Source of the DNA: Acidimicrobiales bacterium
Lineage (GTDB): Bacteria > Actinomycetota > Acidimicrobiia > Acidimicrobiales > VFJN01
DNA: 42,254 bases
Assembly: GCA_035707385.1 (NCBI GenBank)
Contig: DASSUD010000322.1
Span: 1-42,254, forward strand
Reading direction: 5' to 3'
Shown: piece after piece, positions 30,019 through 38,623 of the stretch
How positions within the stretch are numbered: position 1 is the first letter of the stretch
How the letters are laid out: every line of letters begins with the position of its first letter
Made by a program: the position numbers and the translations under genes
Notes under the pieces: generated by a model
Databases searched by the model: none
What the model was told of the DNA's origin: nothing
Seen by the model: the letters and a program-made list of their open reading frames with translations, nothing else

Positions 30019-33000
30019 GTGACGGTGGAGATCCGCCTCCTCGGGCAGGTCGCCATGTGCCGGGACGGCCGGGAGGTGGTGGTCACCAGTCCGCAGGCCC
30101 AGGTGGCGCTGGCCCGCCTGACCATCGAGCGGGGCAGTGGCACGACCCGCTACTCGCTGGCGGACACCCTGTGGCCCGGCGGTGTGCCGGCCACCTGGAC
30201 CTCGGCGCTGCGAGGTGTGGTCAGCCGCGTGCGGGCGGCGCTGGCCGCTGTCGTGCCGGACGGCCCCGGCTCCCTCCTGTCCGTGGGCGGGACCTACCGG
30301 CTGCGGCTCCCGGCCGACGTCGAGGTCGACGTCGAGCGGGCCGAGGGCGCGCTGGCGGCGGCGCAGCGGCTGCTGGCGGACGGCGAGCCGGGCCCCGCGG
30401 CCCGCCGGGCCAGGGACGCCGCCGCGCTGCTGGCCCTGCCGTTCCTGCCCCACCACGACAGCGACTGGGCACGGGAGGTTCGTGACCGCCTGGCCGAGGG
30501 GACGGTCACGGCCTATGAGACGGCCAGCCGGGCGGCGCTGGGCTCGGATCCCGCGGAGGCCCTGGTGTTCGCCAACCAGGCCGTCGCGGCGGCGCCGCTG
30601 CGGGAGAGCGCGCACCGGTGTCGCATCGCGGCCCACGCCGCGGCGGGCAACCGGGCCGACGCGCTGCGTGCCTACCAGGACCTGCGACGGGTGCTCGCCG
30701 AGGAGCTGGGCGTCGACCCGTCGGAGGAGTCCGAGGCCGCGTACCTCGGCCTCCTGGTCACCGCCCGCGGTGACCCCGCGGGGGCCGGACCGCTGCGGGG
30801 CGGGCGGCCGCTGCCGTTCGTCGGCCGGCGCGCCGAGCTGGCGACGATCAGCGGCCGGTGGGCGGCCGCCGGGGGAGCGCGCGGTGCGTCCCACATGGTC
30901 GTCGTGACCGGCGGGCCGGGTGCGGGCAAGACCCGGCTGGCGGCAGAGGCGGGCGCGCTCATCGCCGCCGGCGGCGGCATGGTCCTACAGGGCCGGGCAC
31001 AACCCGCGCCGGGCGATCCGTGCGGCGTGCTGGTCGAGGCGTTCGACGGCTATCTCGGGTCGACGCCCGCCGACGAGCGCCCGGTGCTCAGTGCCGCCGC
31101 CCGCGGCGAGCTGGCGGCGGTCATGCCGTCCCTGCGCACGCCATCGAGCCCCCGCCGGCGGCCGACGTCCGGGGCGGCCGTCTCCGGCGCGCTCACCGAG
31201 CTGGCACAGGCGGCGGGGCGCGACCGGCCGCTGTGCCTGGTGCTGGACGACCTCGCCGGGGCCGACCGGCACACGTTCCGGTGCCTGTGGCGGCTACTCA
31301 CGGGAGGCGGCACCCGCCTGCTCGTCGTCGCCACCGCCCGCGGGGCCAGCGGGCGGCCGAACGCCTACGCCGCCCTCGTCGACGGCCTGGTCGCGGACTC
31401 CCGCCTGACCGAGGTCGGCCTGGCCGGCCTGGCCGCGGCCGAGGTCCAGGAGCTGGTCGACGCCGTTCTCGACGAGCCCCGGGCCGCCCGCCGGGCGGTG
31501 GCGCGCACGCTGGTCGACGACACGGCGGGCAACCCGTACCTGCTGACCGCTCTGCTCGAGGCCCGGTCGGGGCCGGCAGCCCCGTCGCCGGTCACCGGTC
31601 CCGTGCCGCCCAGGGTGGCCTCGTGGGTGGAGGCCCGGCTGGCCGGACTGGACGAGCCGGCGTGGGCGCTGGCCCGATCGGCCGCGGTGGCCGGCCAGGG
31701 GTGCGAGGTCGACCTGGTGGTGCGGGCGTCGGGCCTCGGCCCGGCGGCGGCGCTGCGCGGCCTGGAGCAGCTGATCGACGCCGGCCTGGCCGCCGAGGTC
31801 GCTCCCGATGCGGAGTTCCCGACCCGGCTGCGCTTCGTGCACGACGTCACCCGCCGGGTCGTCCTCGACGGGCTGTCCGGGATACGGCGCCACCGGCTCC
31901 ACCTGGCTCTGGCCGACGCCATCGAGCAGCTCCCGCCTGGCGCCGCGGACCGCTTCGTGGCGCGGCTGGCGTACCACCGGGCCGCCGGGTCCGATCCTCC
32001 CGACGACCGGGTGTCCGCCTCCCTCCGCGACGCCGGCCGGGCGTTCGGAGGCCGGTCGGCCCACCAGGCCGTCCGGCTGCTCCGCCAGGCGTACGAGTAC
32101 GCGCCCCCCTCGGACCAGCCGCTCCGCGCCGGCACCCTCGCCGACCTCGGGCTCGCCCTCGTCGCCGTCGACCCCCGCGACGCGGCCCAGACCTTGATGC
32201 AGGCGGCCATCGAGGCCCGGGGTTGCCGGCGGGGCGACATCGCGGCCCGGGCTCTCGTCGGGCTGATCGACGCGGCCCGGCGCAGCGGGACGCTGGGCGG
32301 CGAGGCCGGCGCCCTGATCGACGGCCTGCTGCGCTGGTCAGGGGAGTCGGCGGTGGCGATGGACCCGCTGGACAGGGCGCGCCTGGTCGCCGCGCACGTC
32401 GCCCGCGGCGGCCGCGTGCCGGGAGACGCCCCTGCACTGCTGGCGCAGGCGGCGCGTGACCTGGCGGTGGAGCTGGAGCGGTCCGGGGGCTTCGAGCGCC
32501 TCGACGAGCGCCGCCTGCTGGCCGCCGACCTGGCGGCCGTGGCCGCGGCGGCGGGCGACACCCGCGCCCTGGTCGACGCCGCGCACCACCAGGCGACGGC
32601 GGCCGGCCTGGCGGGCGACCGCGCCGCGGTGCGGCAGGTGCTCGCCGGGCTGGGCACGGGACCCGCGGGCGACGAACCGGCCACGACCCGGATGCTGGTC
32701 GGCTACCACCTGGCCGTGGCGGTCACGGAGGGGCGCGTGACCGACGCCTACGCGCTGGCGCCGCTCGCCGGGCGGGAGGCCGGAGCCGAGCTGGCGGTGG
32801 CGCGCTGGTTGGAGGAGGGGCGCCTGCAGCCCGCCGGCGCCGACCCCGAGGCCAAGGCGGCCCCGCTGTGGCGGGCGGTGGCCGCGCTGGCCGCCGGCGA
32901 CCGGGGCGAGGCGCACGTGGTGGCGCGGGCTCTCGCCACCGGGATCGAACCGCTGGCCCCCGGCGACGCCTGGCCACACGCGGTGGGTCTGCTGGCGGTG

Positions 33001-33345
33001 CTCGCGGTCGAGCTGGGCGACGCCACGACGGCCGCCGCGGTCCGGTCGCTCCTCGCCCCGTTCGCCGGCCTCGACTGCTCGCTGGGCTACACCGGCCACG
33101 TCGGTCCCGTCGAGCTGCACCTGGCGCGGCTCGCCCTGGTGACCGGGGAGTGGTCCGAGGCCGAGCGGCAGAGCACCGCGGCCCTCCACCGCCTGACCGG
33201 GCTGCGGGCCCTGCCGTGGATGGGCCTCGCCCGCACCGCCCTCGCCGACGCGCTGGAGGGACGCGGCCGCCTGCACGACCGCGACTGGATCGACGAGCTC
33301 CGGGCGGAGGCCCTCCGATCGGCGCCTCGCAGGTCCCCCGTGTAG
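30019..33345 (+). CDS. Large SARP/AfsR-type regulator (OmpR-like DNA-binding plus BTAD, P-loop NTPase, TPR-like C-terminus)
   Basis: ORF 30019..33345, 1108 aa, GTG start. The N-terminus VEIRLLGQVAMCRDGREVVV... and LRAYQDLRRVLAEELGVDPSEESEAAYLGLL are typical BTAD. Walker A: VVTGGPGAGKTRLA. Walker B-like: LCLVLDDL. The C-terminus is long and Ala/Leu-rich helical. Confidence 0.85.
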   Translation: MTVEIRLLGQVAMCRDGREVVVTSPQAQVALARLTIERGSGTTRYSLADTLWPGGVPATWTSALRGVVSRVRAALAAVVPDGPGSLLSVGGTYRLRLPADVEVDVERAEGALAAAQRLLADGEPGPAARRARDAAALLALPFLPHHDSDWAREVRDRLAEGTVTAYETASRAALGSDPAEALVFANQAVAAAPLRESAHRCRIAAHAAAGNRADALRAYQDLRRVLAEELGVDPSEESEAAYLGLLVTARGDPAGAGPLRGGRPLPFVGRRAELATISGRWAAAGGARGASHMVVVTGGPGAGKTRLAAEAGALIAAGGGMVLQGRAQPAPGDPCGVLVEAFDGYLGSTPADERPVLSAAARGELAAVMPSLRTPSSPRRRPTSGAAVSGALTELAQAAGRDRPLCLVLDDLAGADRHTFRCLWRLLTGGGTRLLVVATARGASGRPNAYAALVDGLVADSRLTEVGLAGLAAAEVQELVDAVLDEPRAARRAVARTLVDDTAGNPYLLTALLEARSGPAAPSPVTGPVPPRVASWVEARLAGLDEPAWALARSAAVAGQGCEVDLVVRASGLGPAAALRGLEQLIDAGLAAEVAPDAEFPTRLRFVHDVTRRVVLDGLSGIRRHRLHLALADAIEQLPPGAADRFVARLAYHRAAGSDPPDDRVSASLRDAGRAFGGRSAHQAVRLLRQAYEYAPPSDQPLRAGTLADLGLALVAVDPRDAAQTLMQAAIEARGCRRGDIAARALVGLIDAARRSGTLGGEAGALIDGLLRWSGESAVAMDPLDRARLVAAHVARGGRVPGDAPALLAQAARDLAVELERSGGFERLDERRLLAADLAAVAAAAGDTRALVDAAHHQATAAGLAGDRAAVRQVLAGLGTGPAGDEPATTRMLVGYHLAVAVTEGRVTDAYALAPLAGREAGAELAVARWLEEGRLQPAGADPEAKAAPLWRAVAALAAGDRGEAHVVARALATGIEPLAPGDAWPHAVGLLAVLAVELGDATTAAAVRSLLAPFAGLDCSLGYTGHVGPVELHLARLALVTGEWSEAERQSTAALHRLTGLRALPWMGLARTALADALEGRGRLHDRDWIDELRAEALRSAPRRSPV

Positions 33346-33377
33346 GAGCTACCAGCCCGAGGTCGGCGCGCAGCCTG

Positions 33378-35093
33378 CTAGGTCGGCACCGGGGGCGAGT
33401 AGCCGCGGGGCGGCTGGCTGGTCGCCACGTCGCCGTCCTGGAGGGCCCGGACCACCAGGGCGTGTGTGAACCGGTATCCGGCGGGCGCGGGCCCGGCCCG
33501 GAGGAGCCCGGCCCGGACGACCTCGTCGAGGGGCCCCCGCAGCATCGCCGGGGGTGCCCCGGTGGCGGCGGCGAGGTCGTCGAGCTCGAACGTGGCCCCC
33601 AATGCACCGGCGGCGATCGCCACCTCGCGGGCACGCACGGGGAGTTGGTTGAGGCGCCAGCGGACGACGTGCACGAGCTCCGCCGGGGCGGTGTGCTGCG
33701 CGGCCCGCAGGCCCTCGACGAGGTCGGCGCGGGTCCGGGCACCACCGGCGACCGCCCGTACGAGCGCCGGGTTGCCGGCGGCGGCGTCGCCCAGCCAGGC
33801 CACGAGCGGCACCGCCGCGGGCGGCAGGTCGCCGCCGGCTGCGTGCGACACCAGCCGGCACACGTCCTCGCGGGCGAGCCCCCCGACGTCGACGCGGGCG
33901 GTGGCCCAGCCGTCCGGGCCCGCATCGCCGGCAGCGAGCGCCTCGCGCACGTCGTCCAGCTCGGTCTCGTCGCCGCGGCCGGTGACCACCACCATGAGCG
34001 GGCGGTCCGCCAGCGCCTGGCGCACGTGGTCGAGCATGTGGATGGTCGGCCGGTCTGCCCACTGGAAGTCCTCGAGCACCAGCAGCGTGGCGTGCCGGCC
34101 GGTGAGCGCGACGAGCCAGCCGGCGACCGCGTCGAAGACCCGGCCCTCGTCGAAGGCCTCGCGGGGCCGGGCCAGCACCGACCGCCCGCGGCCGGTGAGC
34201 TCGGACAGCAGGCGCCCGCCGTCCTCGCCCAGGCCGGCGAGGTCGTCCTGCAGGACGGCGGGCGGGCACACCGACGCGTAGGTGGCCAGGGCCTCCCGCA
34301 CCGGCTGGTAGCTGGCAGTGCCGGTCGGGTCCCAGCGGCCGTAGAGGACCAGGGCGCCGGCGGCGTGGGCCCGGATGGCGAGGTCGGCCGCCAGCATGGT
34401 CTTGCCGGCACCGGCCTCGCCGGACACGATCACGAGGTGGGGGCGCCCGTCCCGGGTGGCAGCCCACGCCCGGTCGAGCGTCGACGCCTCCCGGTCCCGG
34501 CCGATCAGCGGGCCGCGGGTGGCCCGCCGGGCCCAGTCCAGGGCCGACGCGACCAGCGCGGGACCGCCCGGGCCGTCCGGGTCGACCCGGCGCAAGAGGT
34601 AGCTGCGCTCGGCCGGGGCCGCACTGGCGGCCCGCCCGGCGCTGCGGTCGGTGAGCACGACCGTCGCGGGGAGCGTCGGGCCGGCCATCACCGCGGCGGA
34701 GGCCGCGGCGACGATCTCGCCCGGCCCGGCCTCACCGGCGAGGGCCAGTGCCCGGTCCAGCGCGCCCGGGCCGCCGTTCCCCTCGGCGGCGGCCCGCCCG
34801 GTGCACAGCGCGGCCCGTCGCGGGCCGCCCGGGGGCACGAGATCGAGGGCGGCTCGGGCCGCATCCGCAGCGAGATAGAAGGCAGCGGCGAACGGAGGGG
34901 GGTCGCCACCGCAGAGAGCCGGGTCGAGGGCCTGGCCGCCCGCCTCGGCCACGGTGCCGGCCGTGCGGTGGGCAGGACCGGCCTCGGGGCCGTGCACCAC
35001 GAGGAAGGTGAGGATGCCGCGCCCGGGCGCGGGACGCAGGAGGCTCGGGTCGCGCGCGGGCGGCGCCGCCTCAGCCGCGCCCATCGGCTCCAC
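33378..35093 (-). CDS. AAA_16-type ATPase regulator with degenerate cyclase-homology-like N-terminus; no recognisable C-terminal HTH
   Basis: ORF 33378..35093, 571 aa. Walker A: VIVSGEAGAGKTMLA. Walker B-like: TLLVLEDFQWAD. The N-terminal ~150 aa loosely resemble class III cyclase-homology domains found on LuxR/AAA regulators. The protein ends without a LuxR-type HTH. Confidence 0.7.
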   Translation of the reverse strand: MEPMGAAEAAPPARDPSLLRPAPGRGILTFLVVHGPEAGPAHRTAGTVAEAGGQALDPALCGGDPPPFAAAFYLAADAARAALDLVPPGGPRRAALCTGRAAAEGNGGPGALDRALALAGEAGPGEIVAAASAAVMAGPTLPATVVLTDRSAGRAASAAPAERSYLLRRVDPDGPGGPALVASALDWARRATRGPLIGRDREASTLDRAWAATRDGRPHLVIVSGEAGAGKTMLAADLAIRAHAAGALVLYGRWDPTGTASYQPVREALATYASVCPPAVLQDDLAGLGEDGGRLLSELTGRGRSVLARPREAFDEGRVFDAVAGWLVALTGRHATLLVLEDFQWADRPTIHMLDHVRQALADRPLMVVVTGRGDETELDDVREALAAGDAGPDGWATARVDVGGLAREDVCRLVSHAAGGDLPPAAVPLVAWLGDAAAGNPALVRAVAGGARTRADLVEGLRAAQHTAPAELVHVVRWRLNQLPVRAREVAIAAGALGATFELDDLAAATGAPPAMLRGPLDEVVRAGLLRAGPAPAGYRFTHALVVRALQDGDVATSQPPRGYSPPVPT

Positions 35094-35223
35094 CAGCCCC
35101 TCCGGCGACCACCGGGTCGCCGTCTCCCTCGATCACCGTCCCCCTCTCGTCGCCGACCCAGCGCTGAGCGACCGGCCCTCCCCCCGGCACCGGGTCGACG
35201 GAGCGGATGATGGCAGGCGGGCG

Positions 35224-35640
35224 TTAGCCCAGCGTGCTCCGGCCCCGCTCCGCGCTCAGGATGTCGACGTAGTGCGGGTTGTACATGACGCCCAGGATGT
35301 TGTGGAAGGGGTCGATCACCGTGGCGGTCACGAAGCCCGCGCCCCGGTCCTGGGGGGCCTCGTGGAGGGTGGCGCCCAGAGCCAGCAGCCGGTCGACGGC
35401 GGCCTGCACGTCGTCGACGTGCCAGTAGGCGACGGTCCCGCCCGGGCCGCCCGCCACGCCGTCCGGCTGGTAGCGCCGGTCGATCAGCCCCAGCTCGTGC
35501 TGGTAGTCGCCCACCCGGAACTCGTAGTAGGCGTCGCCTCGGCTGAAGTAGGGCTCGATGCCCAGGACCTGGGTGTACCAGGCCCTGGCGGCCGCCATGT
35601 CGTCGGCCCAGTAGCTCACGGTGGCGAGTCCTCGCAGCAT
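35224..35640 (-). CDS. VOC/glyoxalase-bleomycin-resistance family protein
   Basis: Track ORF 35224..35694; likely start is ATG 35640 (MLRGLATVSYWADDMAAARAWYTQVLG...). VIDPFHNILGV is typical of the VOC fold. Confidence 0.75.
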   Translation of the reverse strand: MLRGLATVSYWADDMAAARAWYTQVLGIEPYFSRGDAYYEFRVGDYQHELGLIDRRYQPDGVAGGPGGTVAYWHVDDVQAAVDRLLALGATLHEAPQDRGAGFVTATVIDPFHNILGVMYNPHYVDILSAERGRSTLG

Positions 35641-35683
35641 GGTCTGCTCCTGTCGTCGGTGTCTGGCACGAGTGTCCGCGCCG

Positions 35684-35708
35684 AAAGTGCTCACGTTGTG
35701 ACCACTTT
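35684..35708. promoter_or_regulatory. Near-perfect palindrome AAAGTGCTCAC-gtt-GTGACCACTTT (candidate operator)
   Basis: 11-nt arms with one mismatch. It ends 19 nt upstream of the YafY/WYL-type regulator ATG (35727), in the divergent gap shared with the VOC gene. Confidence 0.45.
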
Positions 35709-35726
35709 GCGAGCGAGACTGCGGGC

Positions 35727-36670
35727 ATGCGTGCCGACCGGCTCGTCGCCGCCCTCCTGGAGCTGCAGGCCCGGGGCCGCGTCACCGCGGCCGAGCTGGC
35801 CGCCGAGCTGGAGGTGTCGGTGGCCACGGCGCGCCGCGACCTGGAGGCGCTGTCGGCCGCGGGCGTGCCCGTGTACCCCCAGCCGGGCCGGGGTGGGGGC
35901 TGGTCGCTGCTCGGCGGGGCCCGCACCGACCTGACCGGCCTCACGGCCGGCGAGGCCCGGGCGCTGTTCGCCCTCGTCGGGCCGCCGTCCGGCGCGGCGC
36001 CGGCGGCGCGCTCGGCGCTGCGCAAGCTGGTGCAGGCCCTGCCCGGGCCGTTCCGGGACGAGGCCGAGGCCGCGTCCCGGGCGGTGGTCGTCGACCCGGC
36101 CGGTTGGGGGGACCGGGGCCGGCCGCGGCCGCCGCTGGTCGACGTTCTGCAGGAGGCCATCGTCCGGCGGCGCCGGGTGCGGCTGGACTACGCCGGGCGG
36201 GGCCGCGACCCGTCCCGCCGGCTGGTCGACCCCTGGGGGCTCGCCGACAAGGACGGCTTTTGGTACCTGGTGGCGGGCACCGACCGGGCCGGCGCACGTT
36301 CCGTCTCGACCGGGTGGTGGCGGCCGAGGTCACGGCGGAGGCCGCCGCCCGTCCCGCCGGCGCCCAGCTCGACGGGCTGTGGCGCGAGGTCGTCGACGAG
36401 GTGGAGCAGCGCCGGTCACGGGTGTCCGCCACGGTCCTGGCGCCGGCGTGGCTGGTGCCCGTCCTGGCCGACCGATTCGGGCGCCACTGCCACGTCGAGG
36501 AGCCGGCCGGCCCGGGCTCGACCCGGCTACGGGTGGCGGCCCACACCGCCACCGGCCTGGCCGAGCAGCTCGCCGGCTTCGGCGGGTCCGTCGAGGTCAC
36601 GGGGCCCGCGGAGGTCCGGGCCGAACTGGCCCGGATCGGCGCCGAGCTCGCGGCGCGCTACGGGCCCTGA
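35727..36670 (+). pseudogene. YafY/WYL-family HTH transcriptional regulator, apparent single frameshift
   Basis: The N-terminal frame (track ORF 35727..) reads MRADRLVAALLELQARGRVTAAELAAELEVSVATARRDLEALSAAGVPVY...DKDGFWYLVAGTDRAG. The family-typical continuation RTFRLDRVVAAEVTAE...VEVTGPAEVRAELARIG is in another frame (track ORF 36104..36670). The frame switch is around 36288-36296. The span is 944 nt, which is not a multiple of 3. Confidence 0.7.
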
Positions 36671-36717
36671 CCGGCCGGGCTGGGCGCCGCAGGTGGCGCC
36701 GCCTACGCTGGCGGACC

Positions 36718-37134
36718 GTGCTGGGACGCCTGCCCTACCGGGGGATCGCCGTCGCGCTGGCCCTGGCGGTCGCCGCCTGCGGGGACGACGCGGGCGACGA
36801 GGCCTCGCTCACGGGCGAGCCCGCCCCGGAGACCGGGGCCCCGGCCGACCTGGAGGAGGGCGCCGACCTCTACGCCGGTGCCTGCTCCGCCTGCCACGGC
36901 ACCGACCTCCGGGGCACCGACCGGGGCCCGTCGCACCTCTCGGTGGTCTACGAGCCCGGCCACCACCCCGACGACGCCTTCCGCGCCGCCATCCTCGAGG
37001 GCTCGCCCCAGCACCACTGGAACTTCGGCGACATGCCGCCGGTGACGGGGCTCGACGAGGCCCAGATCGAGGCCGTGATCGCGTACGTCCGCCACGTCCA
37101 GGAGCGGGAGGGCTTCGAGCCCTACCCTCCGTGA
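36718..37134 (+). CDS. Class I c-type cytochrome, lipoprotein
   Basis: In frame within track ORF 36379..37134; GTG 36718 gives VLGRLPYRGIAVALALAVAACGDD (lipobox). Haem motif: CSACH. A distal Met lies in GDMPPV. Confidence 0.75.
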   Translation: MLGRLPYRGIAVALALAVAACGDDAGDEASLTGEPAPETGAPADLEEGADLYAGACSACHGTDLRGTDRGPSHLSVVYEPGHHPDDAFRAAILEGSPQHHWNFGDMPPVTGLDEAQIEAVIAYVRHVQEREGFEPYPP

Positions 37135-37211
37135 GGTAGAACAGAGCTCGAACAGGGGTCAGTGGGCGGGCCCCCGACGCCGGCTCCCCCGGCAGGAGGT
37201 TCCCAGCAGCC

Positions 37212-37394
37212 ATGGGACTCATGGACAAGGTCAAGGGCATGCTCGGCCAGAACCGGGACAAGATCGACGACGGGATCGACAAGGGCGGTGACTTCGTCGA
37301 CGACAAGACCGGCGGCAAGTACGCCGACCACGTCGACAAGGGCCAGGACGCCGCCAAGGACGCCCTCCGCAGGCTCGACGACGATCCGAAGTAA
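37212..37394 (+). CDS. MT0933/Rv0909-like small protein ('antitoxin-like' family)
   Basis: ORF 37212..37394, 60 aa, with GGAGG 14 nt upstream. MGLMDKVKGMLGQNRDKIDDGIDKGGDFVDDKTGGKYADHVDKGQDAAKDAL is colinear with the mycobacterial Rv0909-type sequence as I remember it. Confidence 0.7.
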   Translation: MGLMDKVKGMLGQNRDKIDDGIDKGGDFVDDKTGGKYADHVDKGQDAAKDALRRLDDDPK

Positions 37395-37445
37395 GCGGAC
37401 CGACCCGCTGGACAGACATTGAACGGCGGTTCAGAATCGCCGGGC

Positions 37446-38621
37446 ATGTCGATCGCCAGCGGGGACTTCTGGGGTGGCAACCCCCACGCGGAGCTGGCCC
37501 GGCTGCGTTCCCAGGACCCCGTGCACTGGGACGAGGCCGGCCAGGTGTGGGGCGTCACCCGCTACGCGGACGTCCGGGCCGTCTCGACCGACCCGGGCAC
37601 GTTCAGCAGCGCCGGGGGCATCCGCCCCGACTCGGGGCCCACGCCGATGATGATCGACATGGACGACCCGGACCACCTGCGGCGGCGCAAGCTGGTCAAC
37701 CGCGGCTTCACGCCCCGGCGGGTCCGCGACCAGGCGGCCCGCATCGGCGAGGTGGTCGACCGGCTGGTCGACGGCTTCTGCGAGGCCGGCGCCTGCGACG
37801 TGGTCGCCGACTTCGCCGCCTGGCTGCCGCTGGTCATGATCGGTGACGCGCTCGGCGTCGCGCACGACGACCATCCGACGCTGCTGCGCTGGTCCGACGA
37901 CCTGATGCGGGGCCAGGGCTCGGCCGACCCCGACCGGGTGGCGGCCATGATCGGGGCCTTCGAGGGCTACACGTCCTACATCGGCGACGTCATCGAGGAC
38001 CGGGCCCGGTGCCCGCGCGACGACCTCATGAGCGCACTGGTCCACGCCGAGGTGGACGGCGACCGGCTGGCGCACGACGAGGTGGTGTTCGAGTCCCTGC
38101 TGATCCTCATCGGCGGCGACGAGACCACCCGCCACGTCATCACCGGCGGCCTGTACCAGCTGCTGTGCGACCCGGACCGCTGGGCGCGGCTGCAGGCCGA
38201 CCGGAGCCTGGTGCCGTCCGCCGTCGAGGAGTCGCTGCGCTGGGTGTCGCCCATCAAGAACATGGCCCGCACCGCCGCCCGCGACGTCGAGCTGGGGGGC
38301 CGCACGATCGCCGCCGGCCAGAAGCTGCTGCTGCTCTACCCGTCGGCCAACCGGGACGGCGACCAGTTCCCCGAGCCGGACACCTTCGACGTCGGCCGCG
38401 AGCCGAACGAACATGTGGCCTTCGGCTTCGGCCCCCACTTCTGCCTGGGGGCGTCGCTGGCCCGGCTGGAGGTGCGGGTCGCCTTCGAGCGGCTGCTGGA
38501 CCGGCTGCCCGACCTGCACCTGGTCGAGGCGGACGAGCCGGCCCGCCGGCCCGCCAACTTCGTCAGCGGCTACGAGACCATGCCCGTGGCCTTCAGCCCG
38601 ACGGCCCGGATCGGAGCCTGA
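37446..38621 (+). CDS. Cytochrome P450
   Basis: Track ORF 37419..38621; ATG 37446. Haem-binding loop FGFGPHFCLGASLA, EESLR (ExxR), I-helix GGDETTRH. Confidence 0.9.
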   Translation: MSIASGDFWGGNPHAELARLRSQDPVHWDEAGQVWGVTRYADVRAVSTDPGTFSSAGGIRPDSGPTPMMIDMDDPDHLRRRKLVNRGFTPRRVRDQAARIGEVVDRLVDGFCEAGACDVVADFAAWLPLVMIGDALGVAHDDHPTLLRWSDDLMRGQGSADPDRVAAMIGAFEGYTSYIGDVIEDRARCPRDDLMSALVHAEVDGDRLAHDEVVFESLLILIGGDETTRHVITGGLYQLLCDPDRWARLQADRSLVPSAVEESLRWVSPIKNMARTAARDVELGGRTIAAGQKLLLLYPSANRDGDQFPEPDTFDVGREPNEHVAFGFGPHFCLGASLARLEVRVAFERLLDRLPDLHLVEADEPARRPANFVSGYETMPVAFSPTARIGA

Positions 38622-38623
38622 CC

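Noticed and set aside
37212-37394. Toxin-antitoxin module
   Set aside because: The neighbours are a cytochrome c gene and a P450 gene, and no cognate toxin ORF lies adjacent or overlapping.
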